A stretch of 64,000 bases of DNA from Desulfatiglandales bacterium (GTDB lineage Bacteria; Desulfobacterota; DSM-4660; Desulfatiglandales; Desulfatiglandaceae), in NCBI GenBank assembly GCA_963662465.1, contig OY759599.1, positions 2,944,001 through 3,008,000 of the forward strand, given 5' to 3'. Positions 47,511 to 57,490 of this stretch are shown here, one piece after another. The notes below the pieces were generated by a model. It did no database searches. It had not been told where the DNA came from and saw nothing but the letters and a program-made list of their open reading frames with translations. The position numbers and the translations under genes were made by a program. Position 1 is the stretch's first letter. Each line of letters opens with the position of its first letter.

Positions 47511-48989
47511 TTAATGACCTCCCAGGAATTTGACCGCCATGCCTGCGAGCCTGAAAAAGGGTTCGGGATAAAAGAACAGGATCACCGAGATAGCAGCGGT
47601 TGTCACGAGCGGCGCCACACAGAAGATGGGCGCTTCTTGAACCCTGTCTTCAAACATGGCAGCATCCGCCGGGGGAAAAAAGGCCCTGTAAACCACCGGC
47701 ATGAAATAGGCGGCATTGAGCAAGGAGCTAGAAAGCAGCACAAACAGGAACGCCGACTGGTTGGCCTCCAATGTTCCCAGCACCAGATACCATTTGCTCA
47801 GGAAACCGCCGGTAGGCGGCAGCCCGATGATGCTCAGGGAGGCAACAAAAAAAGCCCCCATGGTCCAGGGCATTCGTCTTCCAATTCCTACCATCTCGCT
47901 GATGTTCCGCTTTCCCGTGGCCACGAATATGGCGCCGGCACAAAAAAACAGGGTGATCTTTCCAAAGGCGTGCATGGCAATATGGAGCATGCCGCCGGTC
48001 ATTCCCTTGGGGGACAGCAGGCCCACCCCCAGAATAATATAAGACAACTGTCCGATGGTGGAAAAGGCCAGCATTCGCTTGAGATTGTCCTGGCTGAGGG
48101 CAATGAGCGATGCCGTGATGATCGTTGCCGATGCAATGATACAGACCACAACGCCAAGATTGAATTCGCTCAACAGTTGGGTTCCAAACACGCCGGTCAG
48201 GATGCGGACAATGCTGAAAACCCCCACTTTCACAACAGCCACGGCATGCAGCAGAGCGCTCACGGGCGTGGGAGCCACCATGGCCGCCGGCAGCCATCCA
48301 TGAAAGGGCATGATGCCCGCCTTGGCAAACCCGAAGATGAAAAAAACCAGCAGGACCCCCGCAAGCCCTTTGTTGCAGGCGCCCGCCAGGAACCCCTGGC
48401 TTGAAAATTCCAGAGTACCGGTCAGATGGTAGCACACCAGCATGGCCGGCAGGACCAGGCCGATGGAAGTTCCCAGGATATAGGTCAGATATTTTCGGCC
48501 CGAGGCCCGCGCTTCCCGGTCCTGGTGGTGGGTCACCAGCGGGTAGGTGGTCAGGGAAAGCATTTCGTAAAAGAGGTAAAGGGTCAGCAGGTTGGCCGAA
48601 AACGCCACGCCGATGGTGGCGGACAGGGCCAGAGCAAAAAAGACGTAATATCTTGTCTGGCTGTGTTCCTTGAGCCCTCGCATATACCCGATGGAATAGG
48701 CGCTGGTAATAATCCAGAGGGATGCCGCCACACAGGCAAACAACAACCCCAGCGCATCCACCCTGAACCTGATGGCCACCCCCGGAACGACCTCCACAAG
48801 GGTGTAGACAATCTGGTTCCCCGCAAGAATCACGGGCAACATGGAGAGGACCAGCAAAAGCTTCACCATAGCGGCGGTAAAGGTCCAGGCTTCCCGCATA
48901 TTGGGTCTTTTACTCAATATCAGGAGCGGAATCACGCAAATGGACACGAGAACCGTGATCAGAGGTTTTATGGAGAGAATGGTTTCCAT
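47511..48989 (-). CDS. mrpD: Mrp antiporter subunit D family
   Basis: LYLFYE, FHGWLPAAMVAPTPVSALLHA, LAFSTIGQ, GFLSKW. Confidence 0.9.
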   Translation of the reverse strand: METILSIKPLITVLVSICVIPLLILSKRPNMREAWTFTAAMVKLLLVLSMLPVILAGNQIVYTLVEVVPGVAIRFRVDALGLLFACVAASLWIITSAYSIGYMRGLKEHSQTRYYVFFALALSATIGVAFSANLLTLYLFYEMLSLTTYPLVTHHQDREARASGRKYLTYILGTSIGLVLPAMLVCYHLTGTLEFSSQGFLAGACNKGLAGVLLVFFIFGFAKAGIMPFHGWLPAAMVAPTPVSALLHAVAVVKVGVFSIVRILTGVFGTQLLSEFNLGVVVCIIASATIITASLIALSQDNLKRMLAFSTIGQLSYIILGVGLLSPKGMTGGMLHIAMHAFGKITLFFCAGAIFVATGKRNISEMVGIGRRMPWTMGAFFVASLSIIGLPPTGGFLSKWYLVLGTLEANQSAFLFVLLSSSLLNAAYFMPVVYRAFFPPADAAMFEDRVQEAPIFCVAPLVTTAAISVILFFYPEPFFRLAGMAVKFLGGH

Positions 48990-49010
48990 TAATCAGCCTA
49001 AAAAAACCTG

Positions 49011-50498
49011 TTAAAAGCCCTGTTTCAGTAAAAGGGGGTCAATGATGTGGTTCACGATACTGCCGGTGTAGAGCCCGATAACAATCAACCCCAGAGAAAC
49101 AATCAGTAACGACGCCAACATGGATATGGGCGCCTCCATTACCGTGATCGGTGATGAATCATGGCCGTGATTGTGGAAATCCCCGTAATAGCTGATCTCA
49201 ATCACCCTGAAAAAAAGGATGACATTGACCAGACTGCTGAATAGAAGCGCTGCCACAAACCCATATTGACCAGCCTGCAGCCCACCGGAGATGAGATACC
49301 ACTTGCTGAAAAAACCGCAGGTGGGGGGAACGCCGATGATGCTCAGGGCGCCTGCCACGAAACAGGCCATGGTCACCGGCATTTTGCGAAAGAGTCCCTT
49401 CAGTTGGTCAAGGTCAAGCCCGTGTATTTTATAATAGATGCTGCCCGCGCAGAGAAAAAGGCAGAGGGTCATGAGCGCATCGTTCATGATATGAAGAATG
49501 GCCCCGGTCATGCCGGCGTTGTTTCCCAGCCAGGCGCCCCCCATCATGTATCCGATTTCAGAAACAATAATATAGCAGAACATTCGTTTCAGGTTTTTCT
49601 GGGACAGGGCAAACACCGCGCCCATGACAATGGCCAGGGTTGACAGCCACACCATTGGGCTCCCCAGTTTCAGGATCACAAAGGCAAAATCCACCGAAAA
49701 TACGGTGAGAATAAGCCGAATCATCACATAGACCATCACCTTGGTCATGAGCGGTGCAATGAGACTGCCGGTCGCCGTGGGCGCGGAGGCGTAGGCATTT
49801 GGCAGCCACATGTGCAGCGGAAAAAACGCCATTTTGATGCCCACCCCCACCAGGCAGAAAATGAAGGCCATGACCACGGCAGGGCTATGAAACAACGGGG
49901 GCAGAAGGGATGCCACATCCGCCATGTTCAAGGACCCGGTCATGATATACAGAAACCCGACCCCCAGCAGATAAAAGCATCCACCCACTGTGCCCAGGAA
50001 AAGGTAATTCAAGGCGGCCATGGGGGCTCTCCCCGGCCCCAGGCCGATGAGGGCATAACTGGTCAGCGACGCGACCTCCAGGAGTACGTAAAGATTGAAC
50101 AGGTCTCCGGTCATCAGAATGCCCGTGAGACCTACAATGAAAAGCAGATAAAGGCTGTAAAAGGCGCCCGATTTTTCAGGCGTCTCCTCTGTCACGTTTT
50201 TCCGGGTGGCGATGAGGTTGATAAACGCCAGGACCGTGACCACCACCACCACCAGACCGTTTAGATAATCCACATGATAGCCGATTCCCCACGGGGTTTC
50301 CCAACCGCCCATGCGGTACTTCACCACACCGATTGCGGCCACCCGGCCCAACAGACACACCGAAAACCAGGCCGAAAGCCCCAGACCCAACAAAGTCAGG
50401 GGAAAACACAGGGCCTTTTTGATCCAGGCCGCCCCGCTAACCACAAAGGCAAACAGGAACGGCAAGACAACAATTAATGCGGGATAATGGTCTCTCAT
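49011..50498 (-). CDS. mrpD: Mrp antiporter subunit D
   Basis: GDLFNLYVLLEV, KMAFFPLHMWLPNAY, GVPPTCGFFSKW. Confidence 0.92.
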   Translation of the reverse strand: MRDHYPALIVVLPFLFAFVVSGAAWIKKALCFPLTLLGLGLSAWFSVCLLGRVAAIGVVKYRMGGWETPWGIGYHVDYLNGLVVVVVTVLAFINLIATRKNVTEETPEKSGAFYSLYLLFIVGLTGILMTGDLFNLYVLLEVASLTSYALIGLGPGRAPMAALNYLFLGTVGGCFYLLGVGFLYIMTGSLNMADVASLLPPLFHSPAVVMAFIFCLVGVGIKMAFFPLHMWLPNAYASAPTATGSLIAPLMTKVMVYVMIRLILTVFSVDFAFVILKLGSPMVWLSTLAIVMGAVFALSQKNLKRMFCYIIVSEIGYMMGGAWLGNNAGMTGAILHIMNDALMTLCLFLCAGSIYYKIHGLDLDQLKGLFRKMPVTMACFVAGALSIIGVPPTCGFFSKWYLISGGLQAGQYGFVAALLFSSLVNVILFFRVIEISYYGDFHNHGHDSSPITVMEAPISMLASLLIVSLGLIVIGLYTGSIVNHIIDPLLLKQGF

Positions 50499-50884
50499 TC
50501 CGCCCTCAACTGCATGAGGATCTCATCTTCCTCAAGGGTCTTGTGCTTCTGGTAAATCTTGATGGCCAGGGCCAGGGCCACCCCGAAAGTGGATACGGAA
50601 ACCACAATGGCCGTCAGCATCAACACGTGGGGCAGCGGATTAATGTAATGGGTAGGATCGACACCGTGGTGACCGGCGCCGTGTTCCAGGATGGGGATGG
50701 TCGCCCCTTCTTTGCACCCAATGGACACATAGAAAAGAATAATGGAGGTTTGAAAAATATTCATCCCCACCAGTTTTTTAATGAGGTTATTCTTGGCAAT
50801 CATGGCGTAAAGGCCGATCATCATCAAAGCGATACAGAGCCAGTAATTGTATTTACCCAAGATGGCCACCGCCAAATCGCCCAT
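50495..50884 (-). CDS. mrpC: Mrp antiporter subunit C
   Basis: NLIKKL.G, NPLPHVLMLTAIVV. Confidence 0.92.
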   Translation of the reverse strand: MGDLAVAILGKYNYWLCIALMMIGLYAMIAKNNLIKKLVGMNIFQTSIILFYVSIGCKEGATIPILEHGAGHHGVDPTHYINPLPHVLMLTAIVVSVSTFGVALALAIKIYQKHKTLEEDEILMQLRAE

Positions 50885-50887
50885 GTT

Positions 50888-51712
50888 CTACAACCCCTCA
50901 TCCTGCCTGCCTTCCGAAGACAGGTTGTTATAGATGGAAATCATGACCGCCATCACTGTGATGCCCACGCCGACCTCAACGCCCAGGATGCCCAATGATC
51001 GGGCTTCGATTTCGTTGGTAAACAGGATCTTGCTCAAGCCGGCGTAATCCAGAAAATTCCCACCCAGAAGGATGCAAAGCGCTCCGATACCCGAATAAAT
51101 AAGAACCCCCACGGCCATAAGGATATGGGTGGTTTTTTCACTGATGCGTCCGATGGCGGTGCGCATGTTGTAGCTGATGGCGATGAGAATCACGCCGGCG
51201 CCTAAAATCACGCCCCCCTGGAACCCGCCGCCGGGACTGTGATGGCCATGGGCGATCACATAGAGCGCAAAAAGCTGAACAAAGGGGACCAGGATTCTAC
51301 AGACCGTTGTGACAATCAGGTCATAGGGCGTCCACAGGGTGTCGATACGTTCAAACTCACTGGAAACATCGGGAATTCTGCCACTCTTGATGTGCAGGGT
51401 GATGCCGGTGGCGACATGCCGATAATAGCTGTCCTCGGGCCGACTCCGGAACAGCCTTAACAGAGCAAAGCACCCCAGGCCCGCGCAAAAAATGACGCTG
51501 GTTTCAAACATCGTGTCAAACCCGCGGTAATCAGCCAAAACAGCTGTCACCACATTGGGGACGGATGTTTCTTCAAGGGCATTTTTCAGGTGATGGGCGG
51601 AGATATGGGTGTTCGCCGGCGATGCGGGGTCACCCCAGGATGGAAAATCATGAGTGGTATAAACCAGAAGTGCCCCTGCCAGAATAACGATGCACAAGCC
51701 GATGGCCTTCAA
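50888..51712 (-). CDS. mrpB: Mrp antiporter subunit B
   Basis: NVVTAVLADYRGFDT..E, HGHHSPGGGFQGG, EVGVG. Confidence 0.9.
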   Translation of the reverse strand: MKAIGLCIVILAGALLVYTTHDFPSWGDPASPANTHISAHHLKNALEETSVPNVVTAVLADYRGFDTMFETSVIFCAGLGCFALLRLFRSRPEDSYYRHVATGITLHIKSGRIPDVSSEFERIDTLWTPYDLIVTTVCRILVPFVQLFALYVIAHGHHSPGGGFQGGVILGAGVILIAISYNMRTAIGRISEKTTHILMAVGVLIYSGIGALCILLGGNFLDYAGLSKILFTNEIEARSLGILGVEVGVGITVMAVMISIYNNLSSEGRQDEGL

Positions 51713-51954
51713 TCCTTAGTCCTCCGGGTCGTTCGAAATACGGCGGCCACAAAAAAAACGGTACTGACGCCCGCGCCCACGGATGCTTCGGTAAACGCAA
51801 CATCCACCGCCCCCATGATGGCCCAAAGCAGGCACATGAGAAAACTATAGGCGCCGAACAAAATAGCGCAACCCAACAGGTCTTTCACCGAAATCGCCGC
51901 AACTGCCGCAAAAATAACCAGAAGCAAAATTACCAGATCCAGTTCCCAGATCAA
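51709..51954 (-). CDS. DUF4040/MbhD-like small Mrp subunit
   Basis: GAVDVAFTEASVGAG; likely TTG start (LIWELD) with GGGGG RBS. Confidence 0.82.
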   Translation of the reverse strand: MIWELDLVILLLVIFAAVAAISVKDLLGCAILFGAYSFLMCLLWAIMGAVDVAFTEASVGAGVSTVFFVAAVFRTTRRTKD

Positions 51955-51958
51955 TTGT

Positions 51959-52282
51959 CTATTTCCCCCTGTCCTGTTTTGTCCAGGGTCTGAGGCCCGC
52001 CCTGAATCCCGCGTCCACAATGGCATGGGTAGCCGTGGGGCTCAGAATGAAAATGAAAAGCACGATGAGCAGGATTTTCAGGCTGGTGAGAAGGGCGCCC
52101 CATGAAAAATCATTGAGATTATAAAGGGCAATCCCCAGAACCATCAAAAGAGACCCAAGGGTATCCATCTTGCCGGCCGGGTGCAGCCGGGTATAAAAAT
52201 CCGGCAATCGGAGAATCCCCACCGCCCCGCCCGTAAAAAAGACCAGTCCGCAAATAAGCAGAAAAACCACAACAATATTCAC
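51959..52282 (-). CDS. mrpG: Mrp antiporter subunit G
   Basis: GILRLPDFYTRLH, DTLG, SPTATHAI; GTG start after GAGGAGG. Confidence 0.9.
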   Translation of the reverse strand: MNIVVVFLLICGLVFFTGGAVGILRLPDFYTRLHPAGKMDTLGSLLMVLGIALYNLNDFSWGALLTSLKILLIVLFIFILSPTATHAIVDAGFRAGLRPWTKQDRGK

Positions 52283-52323
52283 AGCACTTCCCTCCTCAAT
52301 CATACCGAACGGCTATGCCAAAA

Positions 52324-52379
52324 TCCGACTGCAGACCTCCGACCTCCGACCTCTGGTTACCGACCTCCGACTACCGATA
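52324..52379. repeat. Heptamer tandem repeat (TCCGACC-like, ~8 degenerate units)
   Basis: tccgact gcagacc tccgacc tccgacc tctggtt accgacc tccgact accgata between mrpF and mrpG. Confidence 0.75.
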
Positions 52380-52661
52380 AGGCGGTTCTTCGTACAACCC
52401 CTTGCGTTTTTGGAAATACCTCGACGCCGCTAAAACCGCCACAAAATTGAGCAACGCGTAAGCCATGGCAATATCCACAAACATGTCCAGTCGTCCGTAA
52501 ATCAGACCGATCAGCAACAGGAGGATAACGGTCTTGCTGCCGATGGCATTAACGCCGATCAACCGGTCCAGAACCGTGGGACCAAATGCCGCCCGGTACA
52601 ATGAAGCGATCATCAGCAGACACAAATAGAGCGCCGCATAAAGAAAAATATCGGCCATCAT
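52371..52661 (-). CDS. mrpF: Mrp antiporter subunit F
   Basis: RAAFGPTVLDR, DIAMAYALLNF. Confidence 0.9.
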   Translation of the reverse strand: MMADIFLYAALYLCLLMIASLYRAAFGPTVLDRLIGVNAIGSKTVILLLLIGLIYGRLDMFVDIAMAYALLNFVAVLAASRYFQKRKGLYEEPPYR

Positions 52662-53224
52662 CCGTCCTCAAAGGCTCTCGCCACCCTTTTTTCCATCTCT
52701 CCCGGAAGGGGCTCCCCGGATTTTTGGTCAATGGCATGCACGTGAAAAGTGCCGTTAACGGAAACGTACATGGTAATGGTGCCCGGGGTCAGGGTAATGG
52801 AGTTGGCAAAGGTCACCAGGGAAATCTCTTTTTTGAGTGTGCTGTCGAACCGAATGATCCGGGGATCGATCAATTCCATCATTCGGGGATGAAACACCAG
52901 ATACAAAACGTAGAGGTTGGCCACGCCCACCTGGTAAAGCAACCATGGGATATAGGCGATTACACGAAACCATTGCCGAAAGAGCCCTTTGGTCCTTGAT
53001 TGAGGAAACAGAAGATCCCCCGAAAAAATGCTGACAATAGCGCAGGAAATCACGCCGAGGCTCATGTGAAACAGGTCAAATTTTCCTGAAAGGATTACCC
53101 AGAGGCATAACAGGGCAATAAAAGTCAAAACGTATAAAGAAACAGGTCGTGCGGCGTCGGCAGGCCCGTCGCCAGACGCGTTTGCGAGGTTGAAGGTTGT
53201 CTCTTCCGGCAAATGTTCCTTCAA
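52658..53224 (-). CDS. mrpE: Mrp antiporter subunit E
   Basis: LWVILSG, ANSITLTPGT, VHAI. Confidence 0.9.
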   Translation of the reverse strand: MKEHLPEETTFNLANASGDGPADAARPVSLYVLTFIALLCLWVILSGKFDLFHMSLGVISCAIVSIFSGDLLFPQSRTKGLFRQWFRVIAYIPWLLYQVGVANLYVLYLVFHPRMMELIDPRIIRFDSTLKKEISLVTFANSITLTPGTITMYVSVNGTFHVHAIDQKSGEPLPGEMEKRVARAFEDG

Positions 53225-53308
53225 GGATAACCCCCTTTCCTTCTTCCTTCAACCCACAACCTGAGAAAAACGTTATAAGATCAACGGCTGACGGGCTGGC
53301 ATGAAAGA

Positions 53309-54475
53309 TTACGAAACCGGCAGTCTAACAGCAAATGTCGTTCCTTTTCCTAATTGGCTTTCAAAAGAAATGCTCCCCCCTAACTTTTGAATGATGTTGC
53401 GGCTGATGGGAAGGCCTAAACCCGTCCCTTTCCCAGATGGTTTGGTGGTAAAAAAATACTCGTAAATTTTTTTCTGATCTTCCTCGGAAATACCAATGCC
53501 CGTATCGGAAATATTGATTTCCACCATGGAAACACCCCCAACATCACAAAGAGAGCTTTCCAGTGTAATCCGTCCCCCCTTGCCGGATTTCTCCTTCACG
53601 GCATATACCGCATTGGAGATGAAATTCACGAAGACCTGTTCCAGTAATCGCTTGTCCGAATTAATAAAAACAGGTCCTTCCATAAAATCGAAAACAATTT
53701 CGACATCCGTAAATTTCAGCTCGGGGGTCAGCAAACTGACTGATTCCTTCAGAAGTTCATGCGCATCCAGTGAAGTCGTTGAAAGTTTTGAGTCTCGAAC
53801 GAAACTCAGCAGTTGGTGGGTAATGTCCCTGCAGCGTTTGGTCTGTTCGCTAATATGGCGAACAGACGTCTTGATTTCTTCCCGATCTTCCTGGCCCAAG
53901 TCTTCAGAGTCGCTGGCCACCGCACCGATCCAACCGGCAATCTCCCCGATAACCGCCACGGGATTGTTAAGTTCATGAACGATTCCGGAAGCAATGCGTC
54001 CCACCTCCGCCAAACGGTCCACCCGAATGAGGTCTTCCTTAAACTTTCGCCAGGCGGTCACATCTCGACACACGCCTATTGTGCCAATGATTTCCTCATG
54101 GCTGTTGGTCAGGGGCGTCAGGGCCATTCGACAATAAACGCGGCGACCTGTTTTATGCCAAAAGGAGAATTCTTCACAAACCACACTCCCTTGGCGCGTG
54201 CATTGGGCCACCAGCTTATCAAACGCCCCGGGGTCTACCGCCAGGTCTTTCATTTTCCGACCGGACAGCTCACCCCGAGTATACCCCAATACCGCCTCTC
54301 CCCCTTTACTAAAGGAAACCGGAACATCCTCTGAATCAGTTCTGAAAATCATGTCCCTTGAATTTTCCAGTACGCAATCCAGATAGGCCCTGGCCTGATG
54401 AAGTTCCTCCTTTTTGTTGGAGAGGACCTGGGTCGTTTTTTTCAGTTTTGCCTGGAGTTCCTCACTCGAGTCCAT
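53309..54475 (-). CDS. PAS sensor histidine kinase
   Basis: PAS/PAC, VHELNNP, NFISNA, DTGIG, FFTTK..GKGTGLGL. Confidence 0.92.
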   Translation of the reverse strand: MDSSEELQAKLKKTTQVLSNKKEELHQARAYLDCVLENSRDMIFRTDSEDVPVSFSKGGEAVLGYTRGELSGRKMKDLAVDPGAFDKLVAQCTRQGSVVCEEFSFWHKTGRRVYCRMALTPLTNSHEEIIGTIGVCRDVTAWRKFKEDLIRVDRLAEVGRIASGIVHELNNPVAVIGEIAGWIGAVASDSEDLGQEDREEIKTSVRHISEQTKRCRDITHQLLSFVRDSKLSTTSLDAHELLKESVSLLTPELKFTDVEIVFDFMEGPVFINSDKRLLEQVFVNFISNAVYAVKEKSGKGGRITLESSLCDVGGVSMVEINISDTGIGISEEDQKKIYEYFFTTKPSGKGTGLGLPISRNIIQKLGGSISFESQLGKGTTFAVRLPVS

Positions 54476-54956
54476 AAATCTTGCGCAGTTTGTTCATGGC
54501 CCTTTTGATGCCCCTGGCACCCAGCCCTGAACGATAGATTTCCTCCACTTCGTCTCTGAATTTTGCATTTTGCAACTGCATTTTGGTCTCATAGGCCTCA
54601 TTGATGGTCTCCAGCAGATTATCGTATTCAATGGGCTTGAGCAAATATTTAAAAGCGTTTTCTCGACCGCTTTCCAGGGCCGAATCAATGGTACCGTGCC
54701 CGGTCAGGACGATGCTCTGAAGAAACGGCTGAACCTTCTTGAGCCTTTTCTGGGTCTCGACGCCGTCCATACCCGGCATTTTGAGATCCACAACAGCCAC
54801 ATCAAAGTCATCGTTATTGGCCACTTCAATTGCTTCCTCGCCTGAAAAAGTAGCCTTTACAGTATATCCTTCCCTCAAAAGGCGTTTTGAGAGATATTCA
54901 ACAAGAGTTTCTTCATCATCAACAAGCAGCACACGGATATCAGATTTTTCGCTCAT
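54462..54956 (-). CDS. Single-domain response regulator
   Basis: VLLVDDE, DLKMPGMDG, LTGHG, YLLKP. Confidence 0.92.
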   Translation of the reverse strand: MSEKSDIRVLLVDDEETLVEYLSKRLLREGYTVKATFSGEEAIEVANNDDFDVAVVDLKMPGMDGVETQKRLKKVQPFLQSIVLTGHGTIDSALESGRENAFKYLLKPIEYDNLLETINEAYETKMQLQNAKFRDEVEEIYRSGLGARGIKRAMNKLRKIYGLE

Positions 54957-55185
54957 AGCAGGCGACTCCTTCGGATTGGGTTGGAATTTGAAAAAATACT
55001 TTGAAAGAGGCGAACATTTACTGTCTCAAACATACTTCCCAAAACCATGCTTTGTCAACTGTTTTAAATACGCAGACCTCGTAAACTGTTTGGCCCCAAA
55101 AATGGCTAGGGTATAGAACCTTATTTCCTAAAAACCTGTCACAAAAGCAAGAAATCCGTTGGCGGAAAGAGTTAAAGCTGAAACC

Positions 55186-57426
55186 CTAAAACTGCGTCTG
55201 GGCGTGAGGCAGTGATATATGAATGATGAGTTCGCCCGATTCTTCGAGGCTGACGTCGATCACGCCGCCGTGTTTGTCCACCACAATTTTGGACATGGGG
55301 AGATCTGCGGTATCATACCCCATCTGGGACGTGGTGAAAGGATAGAAGAAGTGTTCTACATCGTCAGGCGCCATATGCTGGACGGGATACCGCATGACCA
55401 GATTGAACATTTCATTTTCCTGAAATGTCGAAACAAACAGCGTTGCCCCTTCCTGCATCTGATTCAGAGCTTGTTTAACCAGGGTCTCCGCTGCCAGTTC
55501 TATCTGCGACCGATCAACGGAAATCTCTGGAAGTCCGGGAGCCAATTGGAGATCTAAGTGTACATTTCTCTCCTTGATCTCCGATTCCACGGCACTCAAG
55601 GCCCTTTCAAGCAGCTGGTTTGGAGCGGTCAGCGACTTCTCCAGTTCGAATGGATGGATGTAGTTCAGCATCATGCGCAGAATAATCTCCAGCCGACCCA
55701 CTTCTTTCACGATAATCTCCACTTTCGCCCTGTTGGGATCCTCCCGGCTCATGGACAACAAGAGCCGTCGCGCGAACCCGCCGGCAGACACCAGCGGGTT
55801 GCGAATTTCGTGGGCCAGCCGAGCTGAAACTTCACTGATCGTCTTAAGTCCTTCCGTCCGGACAAGCTTTTCCTGTAACTTCACCCTGCCGGTCACGTCC
55901 ATGATGATGCCGTCCACACTGCTGATCAGGCCGTCAGTCGCCTCAAAGGGAATGGCGTGATCCATTACGTAAACGATACTGCCGTTCTTATGTTTGACGC
56001 GATACTCGGCGATAAACGCTTTGCCCTCCCGGAAACTCTTCTCCCGGAGCTTTTCCACCTTGACCCGGTCTTCATCGTAAACTCTTTCATACCACAGCTC
56101 AGGGTTGCGGAATATCTCGGCAGGGCTGTATCCGAATGTCTTTTCCACGAAATAATTGACAAAAAGGGTCTCCCCCCTCGACCCCATTCGATAGACCACG
56201 AGCGGCACATTCTCCACAAGCGTTCGGTACTTTTCCTCGGACTCAACGAGATCGGCGGTACGCTGCCGCACCAATTCCCCAAGGTGATCGCGGTGTTTTC
56301 TCAATTCCTCGTCTGCTCGCTTGCGCTCCATAAATCTCCACATACCTTGCATCAGCAATGTCAGTTGGCGGACATCCGATTTATCGTATTCCCCATCTTT
56401 GTTTCCCACACCCGCCACGGCGACAATTCGATCTCCATCAAACACCGGAATACTCATATGTCGATTTAGATGAACATGGCCTTTTGGATACCCTTTCTTA
56501 AGAGGATCCGGAGCGGCGTAATCATTGGTAATAATGGGCTTCCGTTGCCTGACCGCCTCACCCCAAAACCCTGTTTTTTCTAGTGGATAAACAATTGGTT
56601 TGTCTCTAATGGCGCATTCCGCCATCGCACTTTTGGACCAGGAATGCATTGTGAGAACCGTTGCGTCCTCGTTCGTGAATGCGAGATATCCAATCTTGCT
56701 TCTGGTGAGCCTGATCGCTTTTTCAAGGGCAAAGTCCGTGATTTCATCCAATGATGCTTCAGCCATTTGGCTGAATTTCAACAAAGTTTCGAGACGAGAC
56801 TCGTCCAGGCGGAGCGCCTCCTCGACCAGATTGCGCTCATCTATTTCCTGCCCCAGGCTTTTGTTGGTTTCCTCCAGTTGAGCGGTTCGCTCCTTCACGA
56901 TCACCTCAAGATGGTCGCGGTATTTCTTCAATTCATCCTCAGCCTGCTTGCGCTCGGTAATGTCCTCGAGCATCCCGTCTAAATATTTGATTTCGCCCGA
57001 CTCGTCGCGGATAACGGTGACTGTAGCTGCGGCCCAGATGGGTGTGCCGTCGCGCTTCTTCAGCTGCAGTTTCTCCTCTGCGACGTGACCCTGAGCGAGC
57101 AGCTTCTCGGAAAAGGCTTTACGCTCGGCCGGGTCCCCGTAGGTATCAGCCACAGATATCTGAAAAAACTCCTCGACCGTCTCATATCCGAACATCCGCA
57201 AAAGAGCTGGGTTCGCCATCATAAACCTTCCCTTAGAGCCAGGCGTGTTTCGGTACAACCCAACAGGGATGTTCTGGATTAGCCCACGATACCGCTCTTC
57301 ACTCTCCCGTAACGCTTCCTCCATCCGCCCACGTTCAGCTTCCGATGCTTCCTGCCTGGTGGCGCGTTGGCGTAACTTCACCAGTTCATCTATGAGTTGC
57401 TCTTTTGTTTTATCTTTATCTTTCAT
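55186..57426 (-). CDS. PAS-GAF-PAS histidine kinase-like protein with a degenerate ATPase domain
   Basis: PAS, GAF, PAS, AHEIRNPL; N, G1 and G2 boxes non-canonical. Confidence 0.85.
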   Translation of the reverse strand: MKDKDKTKEQLIDELVKLRQRATRQEASEAERGRMEEALRESEERYRGLIQNIPVGLYRNTPGSKGRFMMANPALLRMFGYETVEEFFQISVADTYGDPAERKAFSEKLLAQGHVAEEKLQLKKRDGTPIWAAATVTVIRDESGEIKYLDGMLEDITERKQAEDELKKYRDHLEVIVKERTAQLEETNKSLGQEIDERNLVEEALRLDESRLETLLKFSQMAEASLDEITDFALEKAIRLTRSKIGYLAFTNEDATVLTMHSWSKSAMAECAIRDKPIVYPLEKTGFWGEAVRQRKPIITNDYAAPDPLKKGYPKGHVHLNRHMSIPVFDGDRIVAVAGVGNKDGEYDKSDVRQLTLLMQGMWRFMERKRADEELRKHRDHLGELVRQRTADLVESEEKYRTLVENVPLVVYRMGSRGETLFVNYFVEKTFGYSPAEIFRNPELWYERVYDEDRVKVEKLREKSFREGKAFIAEYRVKHKNGSIVYVMDHAIPFEATDGLISSVDGIIMDVTGRVKLQEKLVRTEGLKTISEVSARLAHEIRNPLVSAGGFARRLLLSMSREDPNRAKVEIIVKEVGRLEIILRMMLNYIHPFELEKSLTAPNQLLERALSAVESEIKERNVHLDLQLAPGLPEISVDRSQIELAAETLVKQALNQMQEGATLFVSTFQENEMFNLVMRYPVQHMAPDDVEHFFYPFTTSQMGYDTADLPMSKIVVDKHGGVIDVSLEESGELIIHISLPHAQTQF

Positions 57427-57490
57427 CCTGTTTCCCCTTAAGAAAAAGATTTAAAAGAGCGTCCCTCTTTTGCTGATCCCACGCTCTCCA

